Below are positions 51,560 to 60,197 of a stretch of DNA of 61,193 nucleotides, piece by piece. Source of the stretch: a virus (Duplodnaviria; Caudoviricetes). The notes beneath the pieces were generated by a model. The model was not told where the DNA came from. It worked only from the letters and a program-made list of their open reading frames with translations, and made no database searches. Position numbers and translations under genes: made by a program. How positions within the stretch are numbered: the stretch's first letter is position 1; each line of letters starts with the position of its first letter. The DNA is taken from the IMG/VR virus record IMGVR_UViG_3300027419_000034, positions 1 through 61,193 of that record. One strand, written 5' to 3'.

Positions 51560-51988
51560 ATGGAGATAAACAAAATGACAAACTACACAAGAGGAAGACA
51601 AACAGAATACGAAATAAGAGACTCATTGCGCGAATGCGGGTATGAAGCTATAAGAACTGCCGGGTCTCACAGTCCAATTGATATACTTGGCTGGAACGAC
51701 TTCGAGATTCTTTTTAATCAAATAAAGAGGGTCAAATTTGGAAATAAGTTCTATCCTTCTCCAACCGAAATCAATCGTTTTAAAAACCTCAGTATTCCTA
51801 GTAACGGAAGCAAGTGGATTATAACGAGGATAGATAGTGGAAAGGGCAAAAAAGTAGAATGGACTTTTCAATGCATACAACCTCAAATAGAAAAACAGTT
51901 ATTTATAGGACAGACAATATACGACCATCCACTAATGAAATATTATGAAAGCAAAGGTATAAAATATAGTATGATAACAAATAAATAG
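51560..51988 (+). CDS. hjc: Archaeal-type Holliday junction resolvase
   Basis: NY.RGR..E...R..L...GY...R.AGS...IDI...QIK. Confidence 0.8.
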   Translation: MEINKMTNYTRGRQTEYEIRDSLRECGYEAIRTAGSHSPIDILGWNDFEILFNQIKRVKFGNKFYPSPTEINRFKNLSIPSNGSKWIITRIDSGKGKKVEWTFQCIQPQIEKQLFIGQTIYDHPLMKYYESKGIKYSMITNK

Positions 51989-52342
51989 GTGAGAACAATG
52001 GAAAAAGTAGTAGACACAGAAGGAAAAGAATGTCGGGTATTCTACATACACCACAGAAAGAAAGACTCAAACGGAGTCCCAAAAGCTAACGGTGGAATAA
52101 CCTACGCATACACAACAGTAAACGATGAAGCAAAAGTAGCAACAATAGAAGAAATAAGCTACTGTGCTAAAGCACGTTGCTCAAAGAAAGATGGTTATAG
52201 TAAAAAGACTGGAAGAACAATAGCAACACAAAGACTCCAAAATGCAATGGATATAGAAGTAGAAAGAAACGATATGAATGAAAAGGTGTTTAGCGAGTTC
52301 GTAAAACTCGCACCCACCGAATCAAAAAGAGTATGGGGATAA
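51989..52342 (+). CDS. Small phage protein
   Basis: GGIT...A.CS.KD.Y.KK.GR.IA..RL pattern. Confidence 0.7.
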   Translation: MRTMEKVVDTEGKECRVFYIHHRKKDSNGVPKANGGITYAYTTVNDEAKVATIEEISYCAKARCSKKDGYSKKTGRTIATQRLQNAMDIEVERNDMNEKVFSEFVKLAPTESKRVWG

Positions 52343-52475
52343 ACTATGAATACCTTTGATTTCATAAATAAATACTTCTGGATAATATGGCTTGCATTAG
52401 CAATAATAGGAGTCATATTTGTAGGAGCATTAATATTCATACTAGGCAAATTTCTTAATGCTTGGTAAGAAACAC

Positions 52476-52546
52476 AGTCCTATCGTATAACGGAAGTATA
52501 TTCGGCTCTGAACCGAATGGAATGGGTTCGATTCCTGTTAGGACTA
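52476..52546 (+). tRNA. tRNA-Gln(CTG)
   Basis: TTCGG-CTCTGAA-CCGAA; A1-U72. Confidence 0.88.
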
Positions 52547-52551
52547 TAAAC

Positions 52552-52635
52552 GCTAGTATGGCAGATTGGAGAATGCGGAGGACTTAAAATCCTCTAACCG
52601 CAGGGTTGCTGTCGGTTCGATTCCGACTACTAGCA
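52552..52635 (+). tRNA. tRNA-Leu(TAA)
   Basis: GAGGA-CTTAAAA-TCCTC; long variable arm. Confidence 0.9.
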
Positions 52636-52642
52636 CTATAGA

Positions 52643-52724
52643 ACGCGATGAGCAAGTCGGATAATGCGGGAGACTCAAAATCTCTTGATTTAGTTCTTAG
52701 CAGGTTCAACTCCTGCATCGCGTA
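52643..52724 (+). tRNA. tRNA-Leu(CAA)
   Basis: GGAGA-CTCAAAA-TCTCT. Confidence 0.88.
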
Positions 52725-53038
52725 TAAATAAAAAGAGGAGATTACAATGAAAAACACACAAGATAAAAATACTGTTCTTATAAAACAAATAAGATTAGAA
52801 CAAATAGATGATAAAATACATAGTAAACATAAAAGAGTAGATGATATATATAATGATATAGGAATTAAAAATTCAATAAGAATACCATTTACAAGAATAA
52901 GTATAGTAAAAGATATAAAAGAACTTAGACAACAATTAATTGATTATAATTATTTACAACAAGATATAATAGACCTCTATGAAGAAAGAAGAAAAATAGA
53001 AAAAATAACTACAAAAAATATATTTAAATAAAATAAAA

Positions 53039-53110
53039 GCAGATAAAGTGTTAATGACTGCACGATTGCCTTCCAAGCAATAAGATTGGGTTTAATTCCC
53101 TGTATCTGCA
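53039..53110 (+). tRNA. tRNA-Gly(TCC)
   Basis: ATTGC-CTTCCAA-GCAAT; imperfect T-arm. Confidence 0.78.
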
Positions 53111-53197
53111 TATACAATGTCCGTCAGGTTGCAAGATATCTCAAAGGTATCAACGGAGTGGGGTTTGGAAATACCTGAACTTACTTACCCCAATAAT

Positions 53198-53271
53198 GGT
53201 AGTATGGCTGATTGGTTAGGCATCGGATTGCAGACCCGACTAAAGGAGTTCGATTCTCTTTACTATCTCCA
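53198..53271 (+). tRNA. tRNA-Cys(GCA)
   Basis: TCGGA-TTGCAGA-CCCGA; U73, CCA. Confidence 0.85.
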
Positions 53272-53292
53272 AAAAAGTAGGTGAAATAAATA

Positions 53293-53691
53293 ATGAGAGG
53301 ACAAGGAGAAATAGCATACACACTACTAATAGCAGGAATACTGTTATTTGCAGTAGCAGGATGGATGGTAGTAGCACCACTATATGGAGTATGGCAACAA
53401 GAATAAGAAGGAAAAGCAGAATACGCAAAAGCAGAATATAGTAGACAAATAGCAGTAGTAGAAGCACAAGCAAAACTAGACTCAGCAAGCAAACTAGCAG
53501 AAGCAGAAGTTGCTAGAGCAAGAGGAGTAGCACAAGCAAACGAAATAATTGGTGCATCACTAGAAAACAACGAAGCATATCTACACTATCTATGGGTAAA
53601 CAATCTTGAAAAGATAGGTAATGCACAAGTAATATATGTGCCAACAGAAAATGGTATGCCAATAATGGAAGCAGGAAGAACAATAAAATAA
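53293..53691 (+). pseudogene. Phage membrane protein with in-frame TAA at codon 38
   Basis: MRGQGE..TM..PLYGVWQQE*EGKAEYAKAEYSRQIAVVEAQA...YLHYLW...VIYVPTENGMPIMEAGR. Confidence 0.75.
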
Positions 53692-53718
53692 ACAGATTGG
53701 GATAAAACCCAATCCAAT

Positions 53719-53789
53719 GTTCGTTTGGTATAGAGGAAACACATTAGGCTTTCGACCTAAAATCACGGGTTCGAGTCCCGTAACGAACA
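53719..53789 (+). tRNA. tRNA-Glu(TTC)
   Basis: TTAGG-CTTTCGA-CCTAA. Confidence 0.88.
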
Positions 53790-53814
53790 CTAAAACAAAA
53801 AGAGGTAATAAACA

Positions 53815-54039
53815 ATGAACATTATGAAAGCACTAGAAAATCTAGGAATAGTAGTAGCAGTAATAGCAGTAGTAGCAATAGTAATCTTCCTCGTAGGATG
53901 GATATTCTCCCTATTCTGGAACTTTGTAATGCCATACTTGTTCGGACTTAAAGAAATAGATTGGGCGCAAGCACTCGCAGTATTAGTAGTGTTCCAAGCA
54001 CTCTTTGGAAAAAGCGTTCCAGTAAACGTAAAAGTCTAA
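53815..54039 (+). CDS. Small membrane protein
   Basis: WNFVMPYLFGLKEIDWAQAL. Confidence 0.7.
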   Translation: MNIMKALENLGIVVAVIAVVAIVIFLVGWIFSLFWNFVMPYLFGLKEIDWAQALAVLVVFQALFGKSVPVNVKV

Positions 54040-54047
54040 ACAAATAA

Positions 54048-54119
54048 GTTCGTATAGTTTAAGAGCAAAATACTTGGTTCTCAACCAAGAGACTTTGGGT
54101 GCGAGTCCCAATACGAACA
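54048..54119 (+). tRNA. tRNA-Glu(CTC)
   Basis: CTTGG-TTCTCAA-CCAAG. Confidence 0.85.
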
Positions 54120-54149
54120 TTTTTATATTAAAACAAACAATATAATATG

Positions 54150-54220
54150 CTTGTCTTAGCTCAATGGCAGAGCAATCGGCTGTAGACCGAAAGATGCGAG
54201 TTCGACTCTAGCAGATAAGA
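54150..54220 (+). tRNA. tRNA-Tyr(GTA), archaeal type
   Basis: TCGG-CTGTAGA-CCGA; C1-G72, short variable loop. Confidence 0.8.
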
Positions 54221-54227
54221 CTCTAAA

Positions 54228-54299
54228 GGGATTATAGTGTAATTGGCAACACAACAGTCTCCAGAACTGTTATTAAAGATTCGACTTCTTTTAATCCCA
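54228..54299 (+). tRNA. tRNA-Trp(CCA)
   Basis: ACAGT-CTCCAGA-ACTGT. Confidence 0.85.
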
Positions 54300-54306
54300 C
54301 TCAAAT

Positions 54307-54382
54307 GGTAATGAAGTGTAACTGGTTGCATTTTCGACTGTTAATCGAAAGGTAGATAGTTCGAGCCTATCCTTTACCGCCA
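54307..54382 (+). tRNA. tRNA-Asn(GTT)
   Basis: TTCGA-CTGTTAA-TCGAA; G73, CCA. Confidence 0.85.
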
Positions 54383-54384
54383 AT

Positions 54385-54460
54385 GGACTTATAGCATAAC
54401 TTGGACAATGCACCGGACTTCTAAGCCGTGATTATTCGGGTTCAAATCCTGATAAGTCCG
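54385..54460 (+). tRNA. tRNA-Arg(TCT)
   Basis: Loop CTTCTAA; imperfect anticodon stem. Confidence 0.8.
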
Positions 54461-54464
54461 TAGA

Positions 54465-54551
54465 ACCAGTATAAGACGAAATGGTTAAACGTCACCCGCT
54501 AAGAACGGGATGCCCGTAGGGGCTTTGTGGGTTCAAATCCTACTACTGGTA
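54465..54551 (+). tRNA. tRNA-Leu(AAG)
   Basis: CCCG-CTAAGAA-CGGG; long variable arm. Confidence 0.82.
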
Positions 54552-54556
54552 TGAAT

Positions 54557-54639
54557 GTTGGGATAACCTAATCTGGTAAGGTAACGGTTTGCTAAACCGT
54601 GATGTAAAAGTCTTATGGGTTCAAATCCCATTCCTAACG
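54557..54639 (+). tRNA. tRNA-Ser(GCT)
   Basis: ACGGT-TTGCTAA-ACCGT; G73. Confidence 0.88.
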
Positions 54640-54646
54640 CTCAAAA

Positions 54647-54733
54647 GGCAGTCTTCTCCTAAACGGTAAAGGTCTCGTCTAGAAAACGAGGGCTGTAACA
54701 GGCATACAGGTTCGACTCCTGTGGCTGTCGCCA
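54647..54733 (+). tRNA. tRNA-Ser(AGA)
   Basis: CTCGT-CTAGAAA-ACGAG; long arm, G73, CCA. Confidence 0.82.
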
Positions 54734-54745
54734 TAATATATTAGA

Positions 54746-55267
54746 GTGATAACTATGATACTATATAACTATTCAAATTTTAACAATAATCTAATAGAAA
54801 AAATGTATAATTTTTCAAACCCAATAAAAGATGAACATATACCACTAATAATAAAAGACTTTAACAAAATAGAATATAAATGGCATAATCCAGAAGTTGT
54901 AGTATCTTTAGGATATTTTAATTGGACAAGAACTAACTATAATTCTAAAAGAAAACCAAATATAAAAATATTAGTAAATAGTAACTTTAATAAATTTCCA
55001 TTTATATGTAAAGGATTTAAAAATTATTATGGAGAAGAATACTTAGAAAAAGAATTTAAAAATAATGAAGAAGTATTACTAACAACAATAGCACACGAAC
55101 TTTATCATTATAAACAATTTAAAGATAAAACTGCATATAAAGAAAAAGATGCAGATACTTATGCAATAAAAAAACTAGACGAATGGAGAACTATAATGGC
55201 TTCGAGTCATATACAACCTTTTCAAGAGAAGTTATACGAGCAAGAATCCTACTCTCCAAATCATTAA
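54746..55267 (+). CDS. HExxH zincin-like metallopeptidase
   Basis: TIAHELYH.KQ...EKDAD.YA. Confidence 0.75.
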   Translation: MITMILYNYSNFNNNLIEKMYNFSNPIKDEHIPLIIKDFNKIEYKWHNPEVVVSLGYFNWTRTNYNSKRKPNIKILVNSNFNKFPFICKGFKNYYGEEYLEKEFKNNEEVLLTTIAHELYHYKQFKDKTAYKEKDADTYAIKKLDEWRTIMASSHIQPFQEKLYEQESYSPNH

Positions 55268-55460
55268 TCCTATCCTTATTAGCATCATCAGTAAACTGCT
55301 GCAATCTAGAAACAAGAAGAGTTCTCTTAATGAGTTCAGTTAAATCATTAACGTCCTCATCACTAACAACCCAAACACGCTTACCAATAAGCGCACCCGG
55401 AACTACAACAGCACCATTCTTAGTAGCTCCCCACTCACGAACAATACAATCCTTAATCAT
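55191..55460 (-). CDS. DUF2080/AbrB-like protein
   Basis: VREWG...GAVVVP..LIGKRVWV. Confidence 0.55.
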   Translation of the reverse strand: MIKDCIVREWGATKNGAVVVPGALIGKRVWVVSDEDVNDLTELIKRTLLVSRLQQFTDDANKDRINDLESRILARITSLEKVVYDSKPL

Positions 55461-55501
55461 ACAATACCCACTTCATTAAAATAAAAAAAAAGAAATAAAA
55501 T

Positions 55502-55572
55502 AGCAGATTGGTTTAATGGAAACACACAGGGTTTTGACCCCTGAGTTATCGGTTCGATTCCGGTATCTGCTA
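55502..55572 (+). tRNA. tRNA-Gln(TTG)
   Basis: CAGGG-TTTTGAC-CCCTG; A1-U72. Confidence 0.85.
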
Positions 55573-55581
55573 TACTACTTC

Positions 55582-55797
55582 TCAAAGATAACTATACCAA
55601 GATTTAACTCTTGCTGATGGATAATTATCCTTAACATAAGTCAAGAAACCAATTATTCCACCAATAATAGCTCCAATAACCGATGCTTCTGTTAATACAC
55701 TACCAGTAGCCACAAAAGTTGCTACACCAGTAGAAACACCAGCACTAACAGCTTTACCCAAAACTACTTTCCATTTTTCAGATATTTCAAAACTCAT
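55582..55797 (-). CDS. Holin-like membrane protein
   Basis: 71 aa, two Gly/Ala-rich TM segments at the end of the tail operon. Confidence 0.5.
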   Translation of the reverse strand: MSFEISEKWKVVLGKAVSAGVSTGVATFVATGSVLTEASVIGAIIGGIIGFLTYVKDNYPSARVKSWYSYL

Positions 55798-55809
55798 TCT
55801 AAAACCTCT

Positions 55810-56811
55810 TTAAAGACTATGGTTCTGACCCCAATAGTCTAAAATCTTTTTTCTCTTTTCCTTACTATTCTCAATCTTATCCAATTCTATAGCACCACAC
55901 ACTCTACTTGAAGCAGCAACACCATTAAACAAACTAAGATTCTCTCTCTTTATAGTTCCATAGTGTTCCCAATTCTGAACTCCTGCATCTATCCAGTATG
56001 AAGAACCTATTAAAGGTTTCGGTTTCTCTGGAAGAATATCAAGAGTAGCTTCAAAGATAAACCATTGAGCCATAGGAATCTGAACTGGTTTATTAGGCCA
56101 TAAAGAATTATCATACTTATATAATTCCTTTAACTCTTCATAACTTAAATACATTATAGGATAAGCGTGATAACCAAAAGTAGTTGGCCCAACAGCTAAG
56201 AATACTTCATTAGAAGGAACTCCTAAAGCCTTTGCAGTAGTAACTACATCATTAGCTTCATCTTCACAATCTCCTTCTCCTCTAGCTTCCGTCTCAGATT
56301 GAGTCTGCCAATTCTCTCCATTATCATAAACATACTTAGAACCCAAGATACCCTTCTCCCAAGCCAACATCTTCTTATCTAATTTTGGATATTTACGTCT
56401 CTCCCTAGCCCATACTATAGTCTTAGCAGAAGGAACATACATATCTCTTGGGTCTTTAAGAGAATAAATCGTATTATTAATAGTTTTTTTAGGGTAATAG
56501 AAATTACCACCAAGACTAACACTCTCTATAAAAGTTGGTCTAGCAGTAGTTAAAGCACCATTAATAGATAATTCAGTCTTTAAACTCTCTATAGTTCCAT
56601 CATCTTCATTAACCTGATTCTCTAACATAGCAATCTTAGAAGCTAACTCTACCTTATCCTTATTCTCAAACTGATAAATAATAGAATTAAGATTAGATAC
56701 TTTAGCAACACTATCACTATAATCTATAGACAAGTCTAAGTATCTATTATTAAGGTCGTCAATTAAATCTTGCTGTCTAAGAGTTCTATAAACTTTTTCA
56801 AAAACATTCAT
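55810..56811 (-). CDS. Transglutaminase-like cysteine peptidase (candidate lysin)
   Basis: WQT.SET...GEGDCEDEA, GYHAY, FEAT; N-terminal coiled coil. Confidence 0.75.
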   Translation of the reverse strand: MNVFEKVYRTLRQQDLIDDLNNRYLDLSIDYSDSVAKVSNLNSIIYQFENKDKVELASKIAMLENQVNEDDGTIESLKTELSINGALTTARPTFIESVSLGGNFYYPKKTINNTIYSLKDPRDMYVPSAKTIVWARERRKYPKLDKKMLAWEKGILGSKYVYDNGENWQTQSETEARGEGDCEDEANDVVTTAKALGVPSNEVFLAVGPTTFGYHAYPIMYLSYEELKELYKYDNSLWPNKPVQIPMAQWFIFEATLDILPEKPKPLIGSSYWIDAGVQNWEHYGTIKRENLSLFNGVAASSRVCGAIELDKIENSKEKRKKILDYWGQNHSL

Positions 56812-57135
56812 TTAAACAACCTCTTTCTTTTCAATTAAGGTCTTATTATTCTTTTCAATCTGACTCTTAAGCAAACCAATCATATCTTGTGGTTTAGACT
56901 TAAATACTATACCCTTCTTCTTAAGAAATTCTTCACTCTTATTAAAGTGAACTAATTCTTTTTCAATAATACTACTATTTTTAAGAATCTGATTTTGTTG
57001 AATATCTAACTGGTGTGCTTCAACCTGTAATGTATTCTCTAATTCTTCACTACTATTAAACTCCTGAATATAAGTAATAACTCTAACGGGTTTACTATTA
57101 ACTTCTTTTATTTCAACGGTTTTAGATTCAATCAT
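56812..57135 (-). CDS. Hypothetical protein
   Basis: 107 aa ORF. Confidence 0.6.
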   Translation of the reverse strand: MIESKTVEIKEVNSKPVRVITYIQEFNSSEELENTLQVEAHQLDIQQNQILKNSSIIEKELVHFNKSEEFLKKKGIVFKSKPQDMIGLLKSQIEKNNKTLIEKKEVV

Positions 57136-57145
57136 TTAAAACACC

Positions 57146-59686
57146 TTACTTACTTTGCAAGAACATCTGTATAAACATATCGGTCATAATCCTACAATTA
57201 CCATTAGGTATAATCTCAAGAGTATGCCAAGCACCAGCAATAGGACTACTCAAATAAGCTAGAATATCCTTATCATTAACATCATATGGTGGTATAGTGC
57301 TAATACCAAGAGCAGCCTTAATATCAGAACCACCATCAACTTTAATAGAAGATATAGCATTAGCAGTTATACCCGGTTCAGCAATACCATAAGTAACTCC
57401 GTGAGTATGAGCAGACTCAGTATTAGTAGTATTAGTAGCAGTAGTAGCACCAGATACTTCGTGCGTGTGTGTAGAAACAGTATGATAAGTAATAAAGTGA
57501 CCAAAATCTGTTACTGTTCCACCAGAAACATAAGCAGCTTCAACCCTCAAACTATGATTCTTAAGATTACCCGGAACAAAAATAGAAATAGTAGTAGGAA
57601 CTGCAAGTTCAATAGTAGCAACACTACCAGAAGTTGCTGTATGAGTATGTGCTCCATTAGAAGTTGTTGTTAAAGAATTACTCCAATAATCAGGAGTTCC
57701 ACTAGAATCAGTAGAAAAATGAATATAATAAGAAGAACTAGCAGCAGTATGAGTATGCGCCCCATCAGAAGAAGTAGTAGCACCACTATGAGTATGATTA
57801 GAACGAAATACAGAAGAAGTTAAACCATTACTACCCGGATAAGAAGTTCCAGAAGTAGTATCAGTAACTCTTACTTTAACAATAGTATCAGATAAATCAT
57901 AATCATATTTAAATAACATAATCTCTACATAAGTTCCAAAAATATCAGTAGAACCAAGACTATAAGTAGAACTTGCTAAAGCAGTAAATCCACCACCAGT
58001 TCCAATATCAGTATGATTAAGAGTAAGAACATCAGTATCAGTAGTAGACGAAGAAGTATTAGCCTGAGAAGACACAGTATTTAAAGCCAAAGAAGGAATA
58101 CCGTGACTATGAATAGAACCAGCAGAAGTAGTAGTGCTAAATTCTCTATAACTCTGAATACGATAATTAAACTTAACCTTATTAACAGCAACAGCCTCAG
58201 TAGGAATATAAAAATCAACAACAATACCGTGAGTAGAATCACAATTATCAGTCTCACCAGTCATATAACAATTAGTAGCACCCTGCATATAACTAGCAAG
58301 AGAAATAGTCTGCTTAGAATTATCAGCAAGTTCCTGCAATAAAGTAAGAGAAGCATTAGACAACTCAATCTCTAAAGACTCCTCACCACTACTATAAGTA
58401 TATCTCATACCATAAATTCTATAACTACCAGACAAACTAGTATCAGAATCAGTAACAGTAACCCAATCACCAGTCATACAACTCTGAACAATAGTAGAAG
58501 GTTCAATAGCAGTAACAACAATTCTCTCAGGAGCAGTATAAGTATGACTACCATCAAAAATACCCTTCCTCTCAATAAGAATCTTCTCAGCAAGAATATC
58601 AAGAGTAGACTGGTCAATAACCGTCTTAGCATTATCACTATACTCCTTAATACCATTAGTATTAATAGAAGAACCATTACCAGTAGACTGAGGACTAGAA
58701 GTAGTATATTGAGCATCAACAACAGGAGAATAAACTTTATGAGTATAAGGCTTAACTAAAACATTACCACGATAAGCAGTTCCCCTACTAACAATAGTAA
58801 AAGTATTACCACTACGAGTAACAGTAAGTTTCTCACAACCAACCCAAATAGTATGAGACGCAGTAGGAAAACCAGTTCCATTATTAACAGTAAAAGTATC
58901 ACTAGTAGTATCAGTAGCATCAATCTCAGAAGTTAAATAAGTTCTAAAAGAAGTGCAATGGTCAGCATAAGACTCAATCTGATTAATACCATCCCCATAA
59001 CCACGCAAATTAATAACATTCTTCAAAGAATCATAATCAGCAAGTCTCGAAGACTGCTCACAATTCTGAGTAGCACCAGAAATATCAAGAGAAACAGTAG
59101 CACTCTTATCAGTTCCTCTAGTCCCAATAGAAATGTAATTAGTAGCAAAATCTACTGAATAAGCACCAAAGCAATCAGTATCAGCAGTAGTAGCACAACC
59201 AAACATAAACGAAATAGTATAATCATTATCAGAACGAGTAGAAATAACCCTAGTAGACTGACCAGAAGTATAAGGAGATACTCCAACATTAGCATAAGTA
59301 AGTTGCTCAGAAACAATAGTATTAACAGCAACATTATTATAAATAGGTCTTCCAGATTGAGAAGTAGAATCAGCAGAAGCAGTCACAGCAACCTTCCTTT
59401 CATTTAAAGAAGCCTCACTCCAACCATAACCATCAGCACCACCATATGTATTACTCTCATCCCCAAGACCAGTAATCTTTAACTTACCAAAAGGATATAC
59501 AGAATCAAACTTCAAATAAACAGGAGCAGCATACTTAATATTAGCAGCAGAAGTAGTATCGGCATCATTAAAAGTAATATGAAATTCTATAGGTTGATTC
59601 AACTTATCATAAACTTCAAGAGTATCAATCCTATCAGTATAGTCATAACTAGACGTTAAACCATTGATAAACAAATTAACAGTCAT
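57146..59686 (-). CDS. Baseplate hub/central tail fibre protein
   Basis: 846 aa after Dit; GYGDG; repeated HxH motifs (HSH, HTH). Confidence 0.7.
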   Translation of the reverse strand: MTVNLFINGLTSSYDYTDRIDTLEVYDKLNQPIEFHITFNDADTTSAANIKYAAPVYLKFDSVYPFGKLKITGLGDESNTYGGADGYGWSEASLNERKVAVTASADSTSQSGRPIYNNVAVNTIVSEQLTYANVGVSPYTSGQSTRVISTRSDNDYTISFMFGCATTADTDCFGAYSVDFATNYISIGTRGTDKSATVSLDISGATQNCEQSSRLADYDSLKNVINLRGYGDGINQIESYADHCTSFRTYLTSEIDATDTTSDTFTVNNGTGFPTASHTIWVGCEKLTVTRSGNTFTIVSRGTAYRGNVLVKPYTHKVYSPVVDAQYTTSSPQSTGNGSSINTNGIKEYSDNAKTVIDQSTLDILAEKILIERKGIFDGSHTYTAPERIVVTAIEPSTIVQSCMTGDWVTVTDSDTSLSGSYRIYGMRYTYSSGEESLEIELSNASLTLLQELADNSKQTISLASYMQGATNCYMTGETDNCDSTHGIVVDFYIPTEAVAVNKVKFNYRIQSYREFSTTTSAGSIHSHGIPSLALNTVSSQANTSSSTTDTDVLTLNHTDIGTGGGFTALASSTYSLGSTDIFGTYVEIMLFKYDYDLSDTIVKVRVTDTTSGTSYPGSNGLTSSVFRSNHTHSGATTSSDGAHTHTAASSSYYIHFSTDSSGTPDYWSNSLTTTSNGAHTHTATSGSVATIELAVPTTISIFVPGNLKNHSLRVEAAYVSGGTVTDFGHFITYHTVSTHTHEVSGATTATNTTNTESAHTHGVTYGIAEPGITANAISSIKVDGGSDIKAALGISTIPPYDVNDKDILAYLSSPIAGAWHTLEIIPNGNCRIMTDMFIQMFLQSK

Positions 59687-59687
59687 A

Positions 59688-60197
59688 TTAAGCCCTTTTA
59701 GTAACAGTAAAGTTCATAGTAAATGGAATCTCTCTAGAAGCCATATTACCAGCAGCAGCCAAACCACTAATCAAAACATTCTGTAATATAGAAGCATTAT
59801 CATTAAACTTAAACTTAGTAACAATACCATAATAAGTTGTTCCTCTTACTACCAATTGATGATTTCCACCCTGACCAGTAGTATCAGTTCCAGATACACT
59901 ACCAGAATAAGATTCTATCTGTTGAGCAATAGCAATAGCAATAGCATAAGCAGTAGAACTCTGTGTTGGTGGAATACGACCAGTAATAGAAAAAGTTCTA
60001 GAAACCTTCTTTAAATCAACAATCTTAGAAACTGGTTGATAACCAGAACCTTGTCCAGCCGGAGATTTAGCAATATCAACTTGAAGAATCTTATTACTAT
60101 ACTCATAATCTATACTTAAGATTCTAAGATTATACGAAGTAGCACCAGTCTGACCAGTTCTAGGAACTGTTAATGCCACTACAAAATTCTCACTCAT
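59688..60197 (-). CDS. Distal tail (Dit-like) protein
   Basis: Directly after tape measure; RTFSITG. Confidence 0.6.
   Translation of the reverse strand: MSENFVVALTVPRTGQTGATSYNLRILSIDYEYSNKILQVDIAKSPAGQGSGYQPVSKIVDLKKVSRTFSITGRIPPTQSSTAYAIAIAIAQQIESYSGSVSGTDTTGQGGNHQLVVRGTTYYGIVTKFKFNDNASILQNVLISGLAAAGNMASREIPFTMNFTVTKRA

Noticed and set aside
53181-53790. Minus-strand ORFs 53181..53570, 53240..53488, 53590..53790
   Set aside because: Antisense to tRNAs and to the interrupted membrane-protein gene
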